A stretch of 64,000 nucleotides of DNA, from positions 48,052,001 through 48,116,000 of the forward strand of contig NC_045696.1 of NCBI RefSeq assembly GCF_009834535.1, written 5' to 3'. Source of the stretch: Camelus ferus (lineage: Eukaryota). Of the stretch, positions 12,950-26,495 are shown in pieces. The translations under genes and the position numbers were made by a program. Every line of letters starts with the position of its first letter. Position 1 is the stretch's first letter. Below the pieces are notes generated by a model. The model was not told the DNA's origin, ran no database searches, and was given only the letters and a program-made list of their open reading frames with translations.

Positions 12950-15255
12950 TGCTTTTTTTGTTTGTTTTAGTTTCTGTCAAAGTTATATATACACAAAGCT
13001 TAAAAAGGCAGATTATTGTTTTTACAAGGTTTGTTATGAAAACCAGTAGTTACTTTGCCTTACTCTTGGTGCATTGTTTTGGGATGTATTTCCATGTCTC
13101 TGAGTATCATGCTTCATTGCTACTTCTTGGTTTGTTAATTTTAGGTAAGGCTTATTGGCTTCCAGCTACAAAATTTGCAATTTTAGCTCTCTTTAACCAC
13201 TCCCACTCTCCACTGCACAAATGGTACCTCCCAGACCTCATCCTCTTGATAGGGTTAAACACAATTGACATTTGAACCGTTTAGTGAATCTCGGTAATTT
13301 TGCTTTCCTTGCACAACTTTATGTTTTCCCTGGAGGTCATATTGTCTGAATATCCTCTCAAGATGTTGAAATATATCAGGTGTTCTATCAGTTTCATCTT
13401 CTGAAAATCTCTTCCTGGAGACCTTCCTGCCCTACTCCCATCTGGATTGTTTTCCTTCTTTGCTGGGGCACAGCTGTTATTATAGAAACTTCCTTGACCT
13501 TTACTTGGGAATTCTTTTTGGGCTTCTAGTGAGTATGTACTCTTTCCTTCATTTCTTATTTTCCTTTTTCTTGGCTTACTCCTTCATTTTAATGAAGCTC
13601 TCATCCTCTCCTAGATTCCTAGGAAAGAGGGATACACATTAAAAACTCTGTGTGTCCAAAATGGTCTTTATCTTCTTCCTTAATTTTGAGTATGGCCAGG
13701 TATATGCCTCTTTTCTTCAGTACTTTAAAGGTACTGCTATCTATCTTTAAGGGGTGGCTCCTGAAGTATGATACTGTTTGACTGTGACCTGCTTTTTACT
13801 ATTCTCTTTGTTACCAGGGACCTGAATTCTATGATAAAATACCTTAGTGTAGGTATATTTTAATCCACTGTTTAGGGTTTTTCAGTCTGAAAAAGCAAGT
13901 CCTATAGGTTGGGACATTTTCTTGAAAATCTTCTTAATGATTTTCTTTATTTTCTCTGTTTTTTTCGCCTGTAATTTTTGTTATTCAGAGATTAGATCTC
14001 CTGATCTAGTTGTTCTTGTCATTTTTTTTCTAATTTTTCTTCTCTTAATTTTTTTGCTCTTCTTTCCGAGAGATTTACTCAGTTTTATCTTTCAATACTT
14101 CAACTGAGTTTTGCACTTCTACAACCACATGTTTAATTTCAAAGAGCTCTTTTCTGGGTTTATTTTTGGAATGTTCCTAATGACACTGTTTCTACCTCTG
14201 TGCAGTAGTTTATTTTATCTCTTTGAGTGTGTTAATGACTGTTACTCTTTCTTCTCTTTGTGTAGTGCTTGTTTCCTCCAAATTGTCATCTTTTGCATTA
14301 GAGGCCTTATTCAGACATTAGTAATTTTTGCTTGCTTCTCCCATTTAATAGTAAGAGTCTAAAAAGCCATTTAAAAGGTCTGAGAGTGCAGCTAGGGCTG
14401 GTGAACCGTGAGTTTTACTGTAGAGTGATAAGGCTGGGCCTTTTTTGCATGAACCCCTGATGTTGGTATCCTCCAGGTCTCTCCTCTTAGCTAGTAAGAG
14501 TCTCTGAAGTAAACTCCTCCGATCTTCTACATGGAGGTAGAAGGTCCAGCAACTGCCAGTGTTCTGAACTCTGAGTAAGGAAAGTAGACTGGACTCTAAA
14601 AATCCAGTGAGGGAGGGCGGATAGATATATAGCTCAGTGGTAGAGTGCTGGCTTAGCATGCAGGAGGTGCTGGGTTCAATCCCTAGTACCTCCATTTAAG
14701 CAAATGAATAAATAGACTCAATTATCCATCTGCCCCCCAAAAAAGAATCCAGTGAGGTTTGGGTACTTAATCTAGCTGTATTTAGTATCATACTTCTACC
14801 CTCACCAGTTTCTGGTACCACCCCACCCCAGCCCACCCCCTGCCTAATCTAGAAGCACTTTGTTTTAACTTCTCTAATAAACAAAACTTCAGTCTTTTGC
14901 TGGGGTAGGAGTGAGGACCTAAAGGACTACTGCATCAAGCCACCCTCATTTTGGGATACGTTCTTTGTCATCATTTCCAGAGTGAACTGGTGCCATCAAT
15001 TCCTGAGCCTTTTGAGGATTCTGTTAAACAAAGACGATTTATTTTTGGCATTGTACCCTACTGCTTTAGGATTCTGTTTCTCATGTAGTTTGTCATTACC
15101 ACTAACCCACCTCTTCCAAAATTTTGCTCCTATTACCTCCTGTTCTTTCCATCTTTTACTCTTATGACTTAAAGTCTCTATTCAGTCATTTTAGTGGGGT
15201 TTGAGGAAAAAGCAAAAGTAGATTTGTGCACTCAATTCTCCCTTCTAATATCTAG
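12950..15255 (-). mobile_element. Ancient HAL1/L1-related element, heavily decayed; hosts a SINE at 14613-14745
   Basis: Long T-rich decayed stretch, e.g. gagagatttactcagttttatctttcaa...tttaatttcaaagagctctttt, resembling antisense HAL1; boundaries approximate. Confidence 0.6.
14613..14745 (+). mobile_element. tRNA-Ala-derived camelid SINE (Vic-1 type)
   Basis: A box tagctcagtgg, B box ggttcaatcc, tail ...ccccccaaaaaag; 12-bp TSD aatccagtgagg (14601-14612 / 14746-14757). Confidence 0.9.
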
Positions 15256-15323
15256 AATCGTCAACATTTATTTTTTATCTATTGTCCTCTTATTATATTG
15301 TATACATTTCTGTATGCTACCTT

Positions 15324-15424
15324 TTTTGGGGGGGAGAGAGGGAGGTAGTTGGGTTTTTTACTTGTTTGTTTATTTTAATTGAGGTACTGGGATCGAACCC
15401 AGGACATTATGCATGCTGAGCATG
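15324..15424 (-). mobile_element. 5'-truncated camelid tRNA-derived SINE
   Basis: gaggtactgggatcgaacccagg...tgcatgctgagcatg; A box absent; 16-bp TSD ttctgtatgctacctt (15308-15323 / 15425-15440). Confidence 0.85.
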
Positions 15425-16923
15425 TTCTGTATGCTACCTTAAATTCTTCTTTTTTTTTTTTTTAAGGGGAAAAGGATAAAATAAATAGATTACCTTGACT
15501 AGAGTTCTACATGTATCTAAACTCTTCATCATATAACGTTATCTTTTGTTTTACTGCTCTATATGAAAATGTGAATTACTATTACTTTAATTCTTTAAAA
15601 CTCACATTATTTCTAAGGTCTTGAAGCACACCCCAATATCTCCATTTATGCATCCCCAACGGGAATTTTTCCTACTGCATCATTCATCCTAGAGCCGACT
15701 TTCCCAAAGTATGTGTCTGTATGCCTAGTGACATCTCAAAATTTTTAGTCAAGCAAATCGACTTTTCTTCTGGAAGAAATCCAGGGAGTGGAGCCTGAAA
15801 GCATACTCTACATTTGGTCTTGCCAAAAATGTTTCACTTTGAGATATTAGCTGTTCGCAAACAGTGGGAACTTGGTTGTATTAGGAAATGACATGAGTTT
15901 AATTGATTTTTAAAAAGCCCATTTTAAGTGTGTCACTAACAACCTGAGAGGTCTGGTGCTTTTCCTTGCACTCCGTGCATTGTTCTGAGCTGTCTCAGGG
16001 CTTGTCTAGTGTTAGGAAACTTCCTAGAGATGTTCTATAATCAAAGAAAAAATATTTCTGAGGAGTTCATCTTAATTCATGGCTGACCCTCTGGCGGTTT
16101 GGTTTGATTTGAGATAATGTTTAAAAAGGCATTTGTAAGCAGAGAATAGTATACAATTCTTATTATTTTCTTACATTTATTATTTTCTGTGCTGAACTTT
16201 GAAACATTTTCTGTTTTATCTACATTGCTTTAAAAAGCTACATTTGGAAAAAGAAATGAAAAATTATTTTATTTAGGTTTAAGGTTCAATCAGTTCTCTA
16301 AAAATCCATTTTTAAGAAACGATGGTGGTCCAGGCTTCTGTTGGCATCCACAAAAGTGTGGACATGGCTGTGTTAAAAGGAGCAGGAAGCAAGCATCTTG
16401 GCTTTCAGAACTTCCCTCATTTGAAATGTGAGTGTTTGGAAGAAGAAATTTAACAGGCAATTTTTATCCACAAGCACTAAACAATGAATCAGGATGAGTC
16501 ATAAGCATTTCAGTTTTTCCTAAATTCATCTGGAGAGCGGCCACTTGGATAAACAGTCACCACCAGTGGTGTCCTGAAAGGATGGAATGGCTTCAATATA
16601 CTGCACATGGAAATTGAGAAGCTCCCCCACCCCATATGCTCATTAAATTCTTGCAGTCCAAAAACGTTTCACCTTTGTGGAATCTAGTATCTGTGATTTA
16701 ATGAAATGTATGTGTTTCAAAGCAAAAGTGTTTCATCAGGAAATACTTGTTACCTAATGTATGTGATTATAAAATGGTACTGGAAACAATAACTTGGCAA
16801 GCAATTACCCTGTCAAAAATTACAGATGAATGAAGAAGATGCAAAGATAATCTTACATAGGTTCACAACTTTGTATAATGCAGCTGTTAACAAATTTGCT
16901 ACGTTATGATTGACTAAAGAGGG

Positions 16924-18308
16924 TTTTTTGGGGGTCAGTTTTATTGAGGTGTAATTTGCATAAATTAACATTTGTTTAATTGTACAATTTAATGATTTTC
17001 TACAAATACATACAGTGTGTAGCCACCACAATCATCATCTAGAATATTTCCATCATCCCAAATAGTTCTTTCATGACCCTTTTCAGTTAGTCCTTTCCTT
17101 TAACCTCTGGCCATCACTCACCTGCTTTCCATATCTACAGTCTGCCTTCTTAAAAAACTTTATATAAAAAAACACTATAGAGTGTAAAGTCTTTTGTGTC
17201 TGGCTTTTTTCATTTAGCATAATACTTGTTTTTTTTTTTAAATCAAAGTATAGTCATTTACAATGTGTCAATTTCTGGTGTACAGCATAATGTCCCAGTA
17301 ATGCATATGTATATGCATATATTCATTTTTCATTTAGCATAATTCTTTTGAGATTACTCTATGCTCTTTTTTGTATCAGTAGTTTATTTTTATAGCTAAG
17401 TAGTATTCCTTTGTATGGGTGTTTATGCATTCATAAGTTGATGGACATTTGAGTTCTTTCCAGTTTTTGGCAATTATGAATAGAACAGTTATGAATTAGT
17501 CTTTGTATGGACATATGTTGTCATTTCTCTTGGGTAAATTTCTAAAAGTGGAATTGTTGGGTGATACAATAAGTTCATGCTTAATGTAACCTAACAATTG
17601 TTAAACCGTTTTCTAAAATGGCTAAAAACAAAAATGCCTGTTTTGCTTTCCCAGAGGCAGTAGATGAGAGTTCCAGTTGTTCCACATTCTCACCAAAACT
17701 TGATATTTGTCAGTCTTTTAATGTAACCATTCTCGTGAGGGTCTGGTGGCATTTCATTTAAGTTTTAATTTTCATCTCCCATTGAACATCCTTCCTGTGC
17801 TGACTAGCCATCTATATCTTTTCTTTAGTGAAGTATCTGTTCTAATTTTTGCCCATTATTTTTTCTGATCTGTTTATCTTCTAATTATTGAATTTAAGAG
17901 TTCTTTGTATATTCTAACATAGCCTTTTAAAAGGTACTTGTTTATATTCTCTCCTAGTTTGTGACTTGTCTTTTCATTTTCTTAGCAGTGTCTTTTGAAG
18001 AGTAAAATATTTTAATTTTGATAAAGTTCAGTGTATCAATTTTTTTCTTTTAGAGTTTGAGCTATTTGAGAAATATTATTTTTCTCTTTGAGTAATCTCC
18101 TTCTAACCCAAGGTTGCGACCAGGTTTTTTTCCTGGAGGTTTTTTAGTTTTAGGTCTATCGTTGACAGTTTTTACAGTGAGTTTATGACACATTTTGAAT
18201 TAATTTTTGCATATGGTGTGAGGTAAAGGGTGAACTTCATATTCTAGGGGGTATAAAAATATCCCTATTTAGTGGAGAGAGGATAGTCTTTTAAACAAAT
18301 GAACTAGT
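16924..18308 (-). mobile_element. Older L1 (L1MB-like): 3' UTR plus end of ORF2, with short 5' inversion and a nested younger L1 tip
   Basis: cagttttattgaggtgtaatt...gttgatggacatttgagttctttccagtttttggc...ttgcatatggtgtgaggta; inverted segment 18265-18308. Confidence 0.85.
17227..17325 (-). mobile_element. Young L1 3' tip nested in older L1
   Basis: poly(T), aagtatagtcatttacaatgtgtcaatttctggtgtacagc; TSD tttttcatttagcataat (17206-17223 / 17326-17343). Confidence 0.85.
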
Positions 18309-18379
18309 TCATAGGTGTTTGAGAGGATCAGCATGGTGAGATCTAGCCCAAGGCGTACCTGTCTGTGAAAGCACAAATA

Positions 18380-18670
18380 GTGCAGCATAGAGCAGTGTGT
18401 CTGAGCGCTGTGCTGGAGTCATACTCATGGATGTGAGTCTGGATGTATATCTCTCTGATTATGTAAGTGATGTCTTCTTTAATGTGTCAATCTGTTTGCT
18501 CCTTGATAAGACTATGGCTTAACTGTATGATCTTGAGGATATAATTTAACTCATATATACCTCAATTTTCCCGTCAATAATATACGGATCAAGATAGTAT
18601 CTGCCTCATAGAGTTCTTACAGGGGTTAAATAAATAAATGAGGCACAAAAGCCCTCAGTATTACACATTA
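18380..18670 (+). mobile_element. MIR SINE
   Basis: ctgtatgatcttgagg...cctcaattttccc...atagtatctgcctcatagagtt. Confidence 0.6.
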
Positions 18671-19410
18671 TTATGAGCACTTGTTCCTTCCCAGTAGGTG
18701 TCCTAAGCAACCGGCTTACTTAAACAGAAACAAGTCTTCATAGGATCATTCGATATTACCTTCTTGCCTCATTTGTTCCCTCTGAGCAATAAGAATGTCA
18801 GCACAAATATCCAGTTATTTTCCTGTGATTAATCATTCTGGAAGAGGTTCTCATAACTCAGTAGTTTACAATGACATCAAAAATGACTAATTAAGAATGA
18901 CTGAATTCACATCATGAAATTAAATTATATACAGATTACTAAGCAGTTCACTTAAGCATAACACAGTTAAAAATGATATACAGAAAAATGTATGCCCTCC
19001 CCCAATATCTATTACCAATTTATCCTTCCAGAGGTTTTGATAAAATACTCTGCCACTACCGCTAAGGATATTTCCTTCTAATTTTCATCCGTGTCTGTTT
19101 TCTCACTGTCCTTGTTTGCTATGGTCCATTGATGCACTTCTGTATTTCCAGGCTGGGCCAATACCTGCTGAGCTAATCTCTTTCACGTCAGCCTTGTCCC
19201 TCCTTTGCTTTAAGACTGATATGCCGATGACAAGGGTTTTTAAGACCCTGTCTGTACTTCAATGAGTCTAACAATTGTCTTCTTGCTTGTTATTACAGAT
19301 ATTTAGGCAACTTCCTCATTTTTGCAAACTTGTTGGCTTTAGCTACCTATTACAAAAATGTCTCCTTTACAGATTGCTATGCAGTGAGGGGCTTTATAGA
19401 ATTTCCTGGA

Positions 19411-19588
19411 CAGGACCTGGTACCTAATTGGTGGGGCTAAGTATAAAATGAAAATGGGTGGGTTTTTTGGTTCAAAATCATTAAAACTTTCAAGATAATG
19501 ACAATAGAGCATTAAACCAAGAGGAGCCTGCCTTCTCACCATGGCCCCTATGCAACCCCGCAAGTTGCACGCTATCAAGTTGGCCCTG
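19411..19588 (-). mobile_element. MER45A-like hAT-Tip100 MITE, full length
   Basis: 178 bp; terminal inverted repeats caggacc.../...ggccctg; internal aaaatgaaaat...agagcattaaaccaag; degenerate 8-bp TSD ttcctgga / ctattgga. Confidence 0.85.
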
Positions 19589-20409
19589 CTATTGGATTTG
19601 GTGGGAAGGAAAGAACACCCATGTGGGTGCCCCTTGAAAGTGTCTCACCCATTTCTTAGAAAACATTTTACTCAACTCAGTCATTACTTTTCTGCTGCAT
19701 TATTTCATGTTCTGTCTTCCGTATTCCTACCCCCAGTGGCAGCACTGTGGTTGAATATATATTTGTTGCCTTAATGGTTTTTGTGGTTTAATCATTTCCT
19801 ATGCACTAGTATGCTTTCTGGCTACAAAAGGAGACAAGGTAAACCCTGTGCTCCTGCTCATAAATATGTTTGAACATCAATCTGGCTTAGTTTTGTGCTT
19901 AGCAGGTAGCAGATAATCTAATGGGGCACAGTCCCTGTGCTGCTGTGGTTGCTTTTGTACACCAGGCTCTACCTGCTACCTGCTACCTGCAGAATTACTC
20001 ATTCTCTCTGTATCATTCCCCAACTTCCTTATCCTTAGTGAAAAAGAGATAGTAAGAGAGTGTTGTTGTCATTACAATGAGAATAAAATATATTCAGGAC
20101 ATTTGGAATACTGCTTGACACATAATGAATGCTCAAAAAAATTTATTTCCCTTGGTTTCCATATCTGGACCAGGAGAAAAACATAGTATTCCCACCCTTG
20201 AATTTTATGCCCAACATCTGGATCAATATAGGATTCTTGTGCCAGTACGAGCATATGGCAATAAATATCAACCTTGACTACACATCAGGAATAGAATCTA
20301 TGAAAATATATGTTCATTGATTTAGAATCTCTTGGCAGGTGGCCGGGGTGTAAATGTGTGAGCAAATGTGTATTGGAGAGGGCAGAAAGAAACTGGGCAT
20401 ATGATCCTC

Positions 20410-20830
20410 CTTTCTTCCTTCTTTTTCTTCTTCTCCCCTCTCTCTCCTTCCTTCATTCCTTCCATCCATCCTTCTATCCATCATCTATCTGTTTATCTAT
20501 CACCTATCTTGGTGGTGAAGGATGGTATATTGTGCTAGGCCTGAGGAATTCATTAGTTTTACAATATACTGAAGAAGAGAAACAAGAAAATGGGACATAT
20601 TAAATGTGATAATCTTTGGGAACACAGAGGAGAGATGCTCCTCTATCCTGGGCTGAGGAGGCCTCTGAGAAGCCCTCTGGGAGATGGCGACTTGTGAGCT
20701 GAGACTTAAAGGATGAATTGGAATTAACCAGGACAGGAGTGTGTTCCAGATGGAGGAAGAGTATGCATAGTGTGGACCTGTCCTTTTTTAAGTTCTACAG
20801 GCAGTTTCGATGTAGAACTAGAGTTGAAAA
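20410..20830 (-). mobile_element. Pyrimidine-rich simple repeat followed by an L2 fragment
   Basis: (TTCC/TCCA)-like tract then gcgacttgtgagctgagacttaaaggatgaattggaattaaccagg. Confidence 0.6.
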
Positions 20831-21458
20831 TTTGAAATTTAGAATTGATTGTTAATTCAGGAAATCTGAATAAAAATGCATAGAGACCAGAACTATGCTG
20901 ATCTCTTTATCTCTGCCTGTTGCCTGACCCAGGTCTGCTCCCAGTTCCTCATTCCATCTGGTGAGTTTTGCCCTTTTCTCTTTGGCGTTTCGTGGGGACT
21001 GACCCAACCGTGTGGATTTTACGTTTTGTGGTTATGACAACAATCAGAGGAGACTGACAGTATCCTGAGACTATATTAAGACTCTGAGTTTGTCTTCCTA
21101 AGTCTGATGAATGATTTTCTCTTTGAAAGTTACATGTTGGCCATTTATCAGTTATTTTACTTTCCTTCCCAGGGTCAGTTTCTTGCCTGTTTTTCCTCCA
21201 TCTTATCTTGTAAGAAAATAATCTAAGATACTCAGTTTAGGTGAATTGTTCTAGGTCATGTTAGTTTATAAATTACAGAGCTTGGATTAGAACTCCAGTA
21301 TTCTGATTCCAAGGTTGTATTTCTTTCTACTCTATTTCAATACAGTTTAAAAACATTATTTATAACTTGTTTTATCTTTTGAAGTTAATTCTTATTCCAT
21401 TTGCTGTCCATCAACAGACAGAATAAATCTGTGGGGAAGAGGAGGGTTTTAGTTACCA

Positions 21459-21945
21459 TGGTAGCCAGTCTCCAGAGATGGCTTATGCAATTCCTCCCTT
21501 CCCTACCCTGCATGCCACTCCTCACAGGAAGAGATAGTTACAGTTTCTCCCTTTGAATCTGGGCTCTTGTGACTGCTTCGACCAATAGAATGTTCTGGGA
21601 CTTCTGAGTCCAGGCCTTAAAAGGACTGACAACTTCTATTTTTTTGCTCTTGAAACACTCATTCTTGTGATGTCCCTTCTAAAAACCTAGCTGTCATGCC
21701 ATAAGCAGCATGAGACCTGAAGTGGTTTGGTCCACAGCCCTAGAGAAGATGTCAGTGGGCAGCCAGTACCAACTGCCAGCCTGAAAGCGAGCCATCTTGC
21801 CTGTTCCAGTGCAGTTGAGCCCCCAGACAGCTGTAGACCCAGCCAATATCCTATGGAACAGAACAACCATCCAACTGATGCCAGTCAGCCTAAAGGAACT
21901 TGAGAGGCACTAAGATGGCTGTTATCATAAGCCATTAAATTTTGA
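21459..21945 (+). mobile_element. MaLR LTR (MLT1G-like)
   Basis: tggtagccagtctccagagatggc...ctttgaatctgggctcttgtgactgcttcgaccaatagaatg...taagccattaaattttg. Confidence 0.8.
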
Positions 21946-22584
21946 ATAATGAGAGCAACATGTGAAAAATAATGAATCCTATGTGATTCTGGGATTCTTA
22001 CTGGATAGACTAGCTTATTATATTAAAGCAACAATGATCTCTGCTACAAGAGAGTTTTTCTGCAAATTATTTTTAATGACCAGAAATCTCGTTACCCTGA
22101 GTAGAGCCAAAGTGAAAATGACAGTGGAGTTTAAAAAGCTTCATTAATTTGGAAAGAGTGCATGATCTAGAAGCAAAGGAACTTGGATCAGCTTGCTGAG
22201 TATCCTTTTGTGGCTTAAAAAAAAAAAAAAAACATACTCATTGTTTGACATTTGAGATTTGATTTTGAGCTAAAGTGTCTAAGGAAATTAGCCCTTTATG
22301 GACCAAGACACAGAAGAGGAAAAGAGTACTAGGGACTAGGGGACATCAGGAGGTACTTCCTGCCGTGGGACTCTGCAGCTGATGTTTTAAGGATAGAAAA
22401 ATTGAACAGCAGTACTATTTTGGAAATATGTTTTCTTTAATGATGATGAATATATTTTCTAAACCAGAAAATCGAACATCTCCTTGACAAGCATATATGA
22501 AATTGTGGAGGCAACGGGACAGAATTGTTGGGAAAAAAATTACAAAGGCACAGTCACAGAGATGGTAATGTAGGTGATAACTGA

Positions 22585-22810
22585 AAAATAGTTACATAAA
22601 ATGTACATAGTGCTTATCATATGCCAAACGCTATCCTAAGTAGCACATATTAACTCATTTAATGATTGCAAAAACTCTATGACGTAGATCCTATGTTAAT
22701 ACCATTTTGACAAATGAGGAAACTGAGGCACAGGCCTTTTAGGTGGCAGAACAACCTGTGAAGGCAATCTTATTTTGGAATCCATAGTCTGTACCATTAT
22801 ATTATACTGC
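22585..22810 (-). mobile_element. MIR SINE
   Basis: ccattttgacaaatgaggaaactgaggcacag core. Confidence 0.8.
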
Positions 22811-23670
22811 ATCTAAGTTTAGTTTTCAAGGTTCAGCATAAAATGGGAAAGGCTATATTTCTTAGTTTATGGGACAGAATAGTCAGAGCTGATACAGCTG
22901 ATTATATGTAAAAGATTTTTGGAGCTTCATTAAATGGCAACGAAGATATCACCTGCCTATCTGACTCTCGTCTCCTCTGGAGACACTGATAGCAGGCTTG
23001 GAGCTGCTGTCTAGCAAGTGGTCCCCATGACAAACTCCTTGGTACCCAAGCAAGGAGAATGTTGAGATAGCATTGTCACTGCCCCTAAAGAAAAGCTCAT
23101 GGCTCCATCAGCTCAAGATCCCATAGGGAACATGATTTGTTCTGTTTGAAAATCCAATGCTTTGTTCCCATTGGTGTATTCACTTTTTGTGTCAAGAATG
23201 AGGAAAAATTGAGGCAGTGATTTGGTTGCCTGATACGTTTCAGTGTACCCTGACTGTTGACAGTACAAATATCTCAACCACTTCTGTACAAATGATGGTA
23301 GGTTGCTAGCATGCCTCAGGATTTGTAAGGGAGAACATAGGACGCTGTAAATGCTACCTAGTTCAGCAACTGGTAGGATATTTTAGATATAAATTAAAAT
23401 TTAATGTATTAATTTTTTGAGTATTTGGAAATTCATATCACTCCATGACCTTGAGAACACTATGCCATTAGCTGGTCTTAAGAGTCAGAATTAGAAGCTG
23501 CATTGAAGTAGTCCCCCAAGACCTTGGACATGAGGAAATTAATGTTACCCACTCACAGTTAAATATAGTATCAACACAGGGAGGATTTGAACAGGCAAAT
23601 CCAAATTCACCTGAAGAAATCAGGACTATTCCCAGGCTAACCAACCTTACACTGACAAGAAAGAATGTAT

Positions 23671-23737
23671 TTTTTTTAACATTTTTTATTGATTTATTAT
23701 AAATAATCTTTTTACAATGTTGTGTCAAATTCCAGTG
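23671..23737 (-). mobile_element. Very short young L1 3' tip
   Basis: tttttttaacattttttattgatt...ttttacaatgttgtgtcaaattccagtg flanked by TSD-like gaaagaatg(t)attt. Confidence 0.8.
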
Positions 23738-24138
23738 GAAAGAATGATTTAAAATGTCTATAGAAGAGTTTTCTTCTTCTTCTTTTTTTAATTAAAAGAG
23801 GTTGGTCATTCTAGAAGCACAGAAAAAAATGGAGAGTTGTTGAGGTAAAGTTGAATATAGCCATATGTACAATACAAGAAAAAAGGATTCTCAACTATTG
23901 GAGCAGAATTCTCTAGGCTGATAACAGGTCCATCCCTGGTTTGGACATAGATGTAAGGAATGGAGAGAGCAAATTTATGGCATTTCTGCTCCTCATTGGC
24001 AACATTATTCCTAATGGAAATTCTACATATGACTTAATTTGACTGGGGACATAAAATAATTATATATTTTGTTCTGACTCTATTATAGGTAAGCAAACAT
24101 CTGGTTATGATTTGACTTTGTTTGTAAGTCTCCATAGG

Positions 24139-24479
24139 AAAGGTTGTAAACTGAGGATCCAGAGGTCAAGTTCAGACCAAAAATTATTATCTTATGTAAT
24201 TAAAATAAATATTCATAAATAGTTGTACGCATATAAAAATCAGGAAAGTGGTTTTTAGGCACTCTTACTTCCTCTCCAAAAATAGAAAGTTTTTGTGAGA
24301 TTAGGTTCAAATTTCTAGTTGGTAGATACTGACTACAGATGAAAAGCAGCTGCTCCCTTTAATTTATATTAATTTATATTCTATTTTCCCAGACTCTTCA
24401 CCAGTCCCTGTGGTATTAGACCCAGCTGTTTCAGCAACTTAACATCAGCCCCTGTAGGCGTTTGAGTTAGTATCTTCTG
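24139..24479. mobile_element. MER102-like hAT-Charlie element
   Basis: ggttgtaaactg...gcagctgctcccttta...gcccctgtaggcgtttgagtt...ctg. Confidence 0.7.
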
Positions 24480-24865
24480 AGCCTAGAGGGAAATTCTCTG
24501 ATTACATAAGAATAAATTCTTGATATCTGTGATAATTCCTCATGGCTGAAGAATAAGGTGATGTGTATCTAGCTTTCTGTGTAGCTTGGCTGTGACAATA
24601 ATGCTGGCCTGAATCATACGGTCTATGGAATTTTCTATTTGTCAATGTTAAATTATAAAATTTCATTCTTGTGACTTCCTCGGTGTTAAGTACCTTTTAT
24701 TTAGTGAGATTCTGCCTCTAGAGACTTATTTATCCTTGGGTATAGAAAGAGCAAGGCTGACCTGTCTCAGCAGAGCAGCACATCCCAGAACAAGAATAAG
24801 GCACTCCCAGATAAAGGCCATTCTGTCTTCTCCAAGGTGACACAATTACTACTTCTGATTTTTGT

Positions 24866-25040
24866 ATAGGAAAAGAACACTGAACTAAGGGCCACTAGGA
24901 ACCTGGTTCTGTGTAATTTGTCATTAAATTGGCTATGTAGCCATGAACAAATACCCTAATATATATTGGCTTCAACTTCTTAATAAATGGAAGAGTTGAA
25001 TCCACATATCTCTGAATTTCCATCCTGCTCTGGCATTACA
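24866..25040 (+). mobile_element. MIR3/MIRc-like SINE
   Basis: ggaaaagaacactgaact...acctggttct...taaatggaagagttga...tctctgaatttccatcctgctct. Confidence 0.55.
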
Positions 25041-26495
25041 TAACTCAGTCATAGGTGCTCTAACCTTTTTGAGTTTATATGCACATGGTCTTTGTGATTT
25101 AGGTATCATTCAAATCCTGTATATGTGAAGAATTTTATGAAACATAGATTCCTGTGTTACTGTCATATTAGCATCGATATTTATATCCAAACACAGAAGG
25201 TTAAATTTTGGACCTATTTCAGCAACATTTGGGTATCTGATGATTTTTATGAACTGTTTTTAATCATCCAGTATCACAGAATTCAAACAAAAACAACAAA
25301 ATAAGCACATCAAAACATGTTTGACTTGAACAAAAATAGCAGGCAGCTGGGGACACAGGCACAGTATGCAAAATAGGCCTGCATATAAAACTTTGCATAT
25401 TTATGACTGTGTAGCTCCAGCAGTATTGGCAGTTAATGGAGTGTCAATAGGAGAAGAGCTGTCTCAATGGCTTATTCTTACTGGATGAAAGGAAAAAGGG
25501 CCAGGAAACCTAGTTTTTTTTTCCTGCCAAATCAAGTTATCCAGGAGAGTAAGTCATCCATTTACTTTGGACATGCCACATATGTTCCTATTTATCCAAG
25601 AGCCAACCCAGCAACATCAGGATAGAGTCATCTTCATTTATGTACAAGCTGAATGCAGCAAACTGCAGTAATGTTTTTGATATAATTATTTTAGGGGTTA
25701 TAGATGAAGTTGATTCATTTGACCAGCAAATTGCTATAAATTAAAATGAACCAGTGAAGAAAAAAACCCTAAAGGTTTAACATCTATACAGAATATGTAG
25801 TAATTCGTAGAAAAGGCTGACAGAGGAGCCCAGGGAAAAATAAAAATCTTCCAACTCAAATGAGACATATGGGATTTTGGGGTGGTTGGATAGTGGTAGC
25901 AGACAAAGGAAGAATGAAGCAGGAGAAAAAGAGCATTTATCTCATACAGATATCCACATTTATAGGCACTTATTTTCTACTATATATTCGACAGAATTGA
26001 AAGCAATTGAATATGAGCATGAGATTACAGTTCCTCCCTTTGCAATACAGTTGGGGAAGACAGGGCATATACTACTGCTTTAAGTCTTAAATAATGTAAT
26101 AATGTAAATAAAATAGGAAAACGAAGAGAAGAATGTGAGAGTGCTGTCTATCCTTGTGTGACACAGGATTGGTAGTAAAAATATTTTCATGGTCAGAACT
26201 GGGGTAGTAGTAGTGAGTGGGGCTCTTGAGTTTAATCCGTGGCCTAAGAGACAGAATGGTGGGGCAGAACTGGTGTGAGGAGTAGGAAATCCACTAAGTT
26301 ACACTAAGAGCAAAGTTATGGAAGAATTCAGAGGCTTGGCTGTTGAGAGGATCCAAAGACTCGTCAGTAGGGAAAAAAATGAGATAAAGGCAAAAAGTTT
26401 TTCGTTTGAATTTGCATTTCACCTCTGTGGCCTAGAACTCTTTAGATAGGGTATCTGTCTCTCTGTGTGTGTGTCTTGACGTATAGTTATTTATT

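Noticed and set aside
16083..16098. CTCF-like motif on the minus strand (CCGCCAGAGGGTCA)
   Set aside because: Mismatch at the near-invariant GGC end of the core; insufficient alone.
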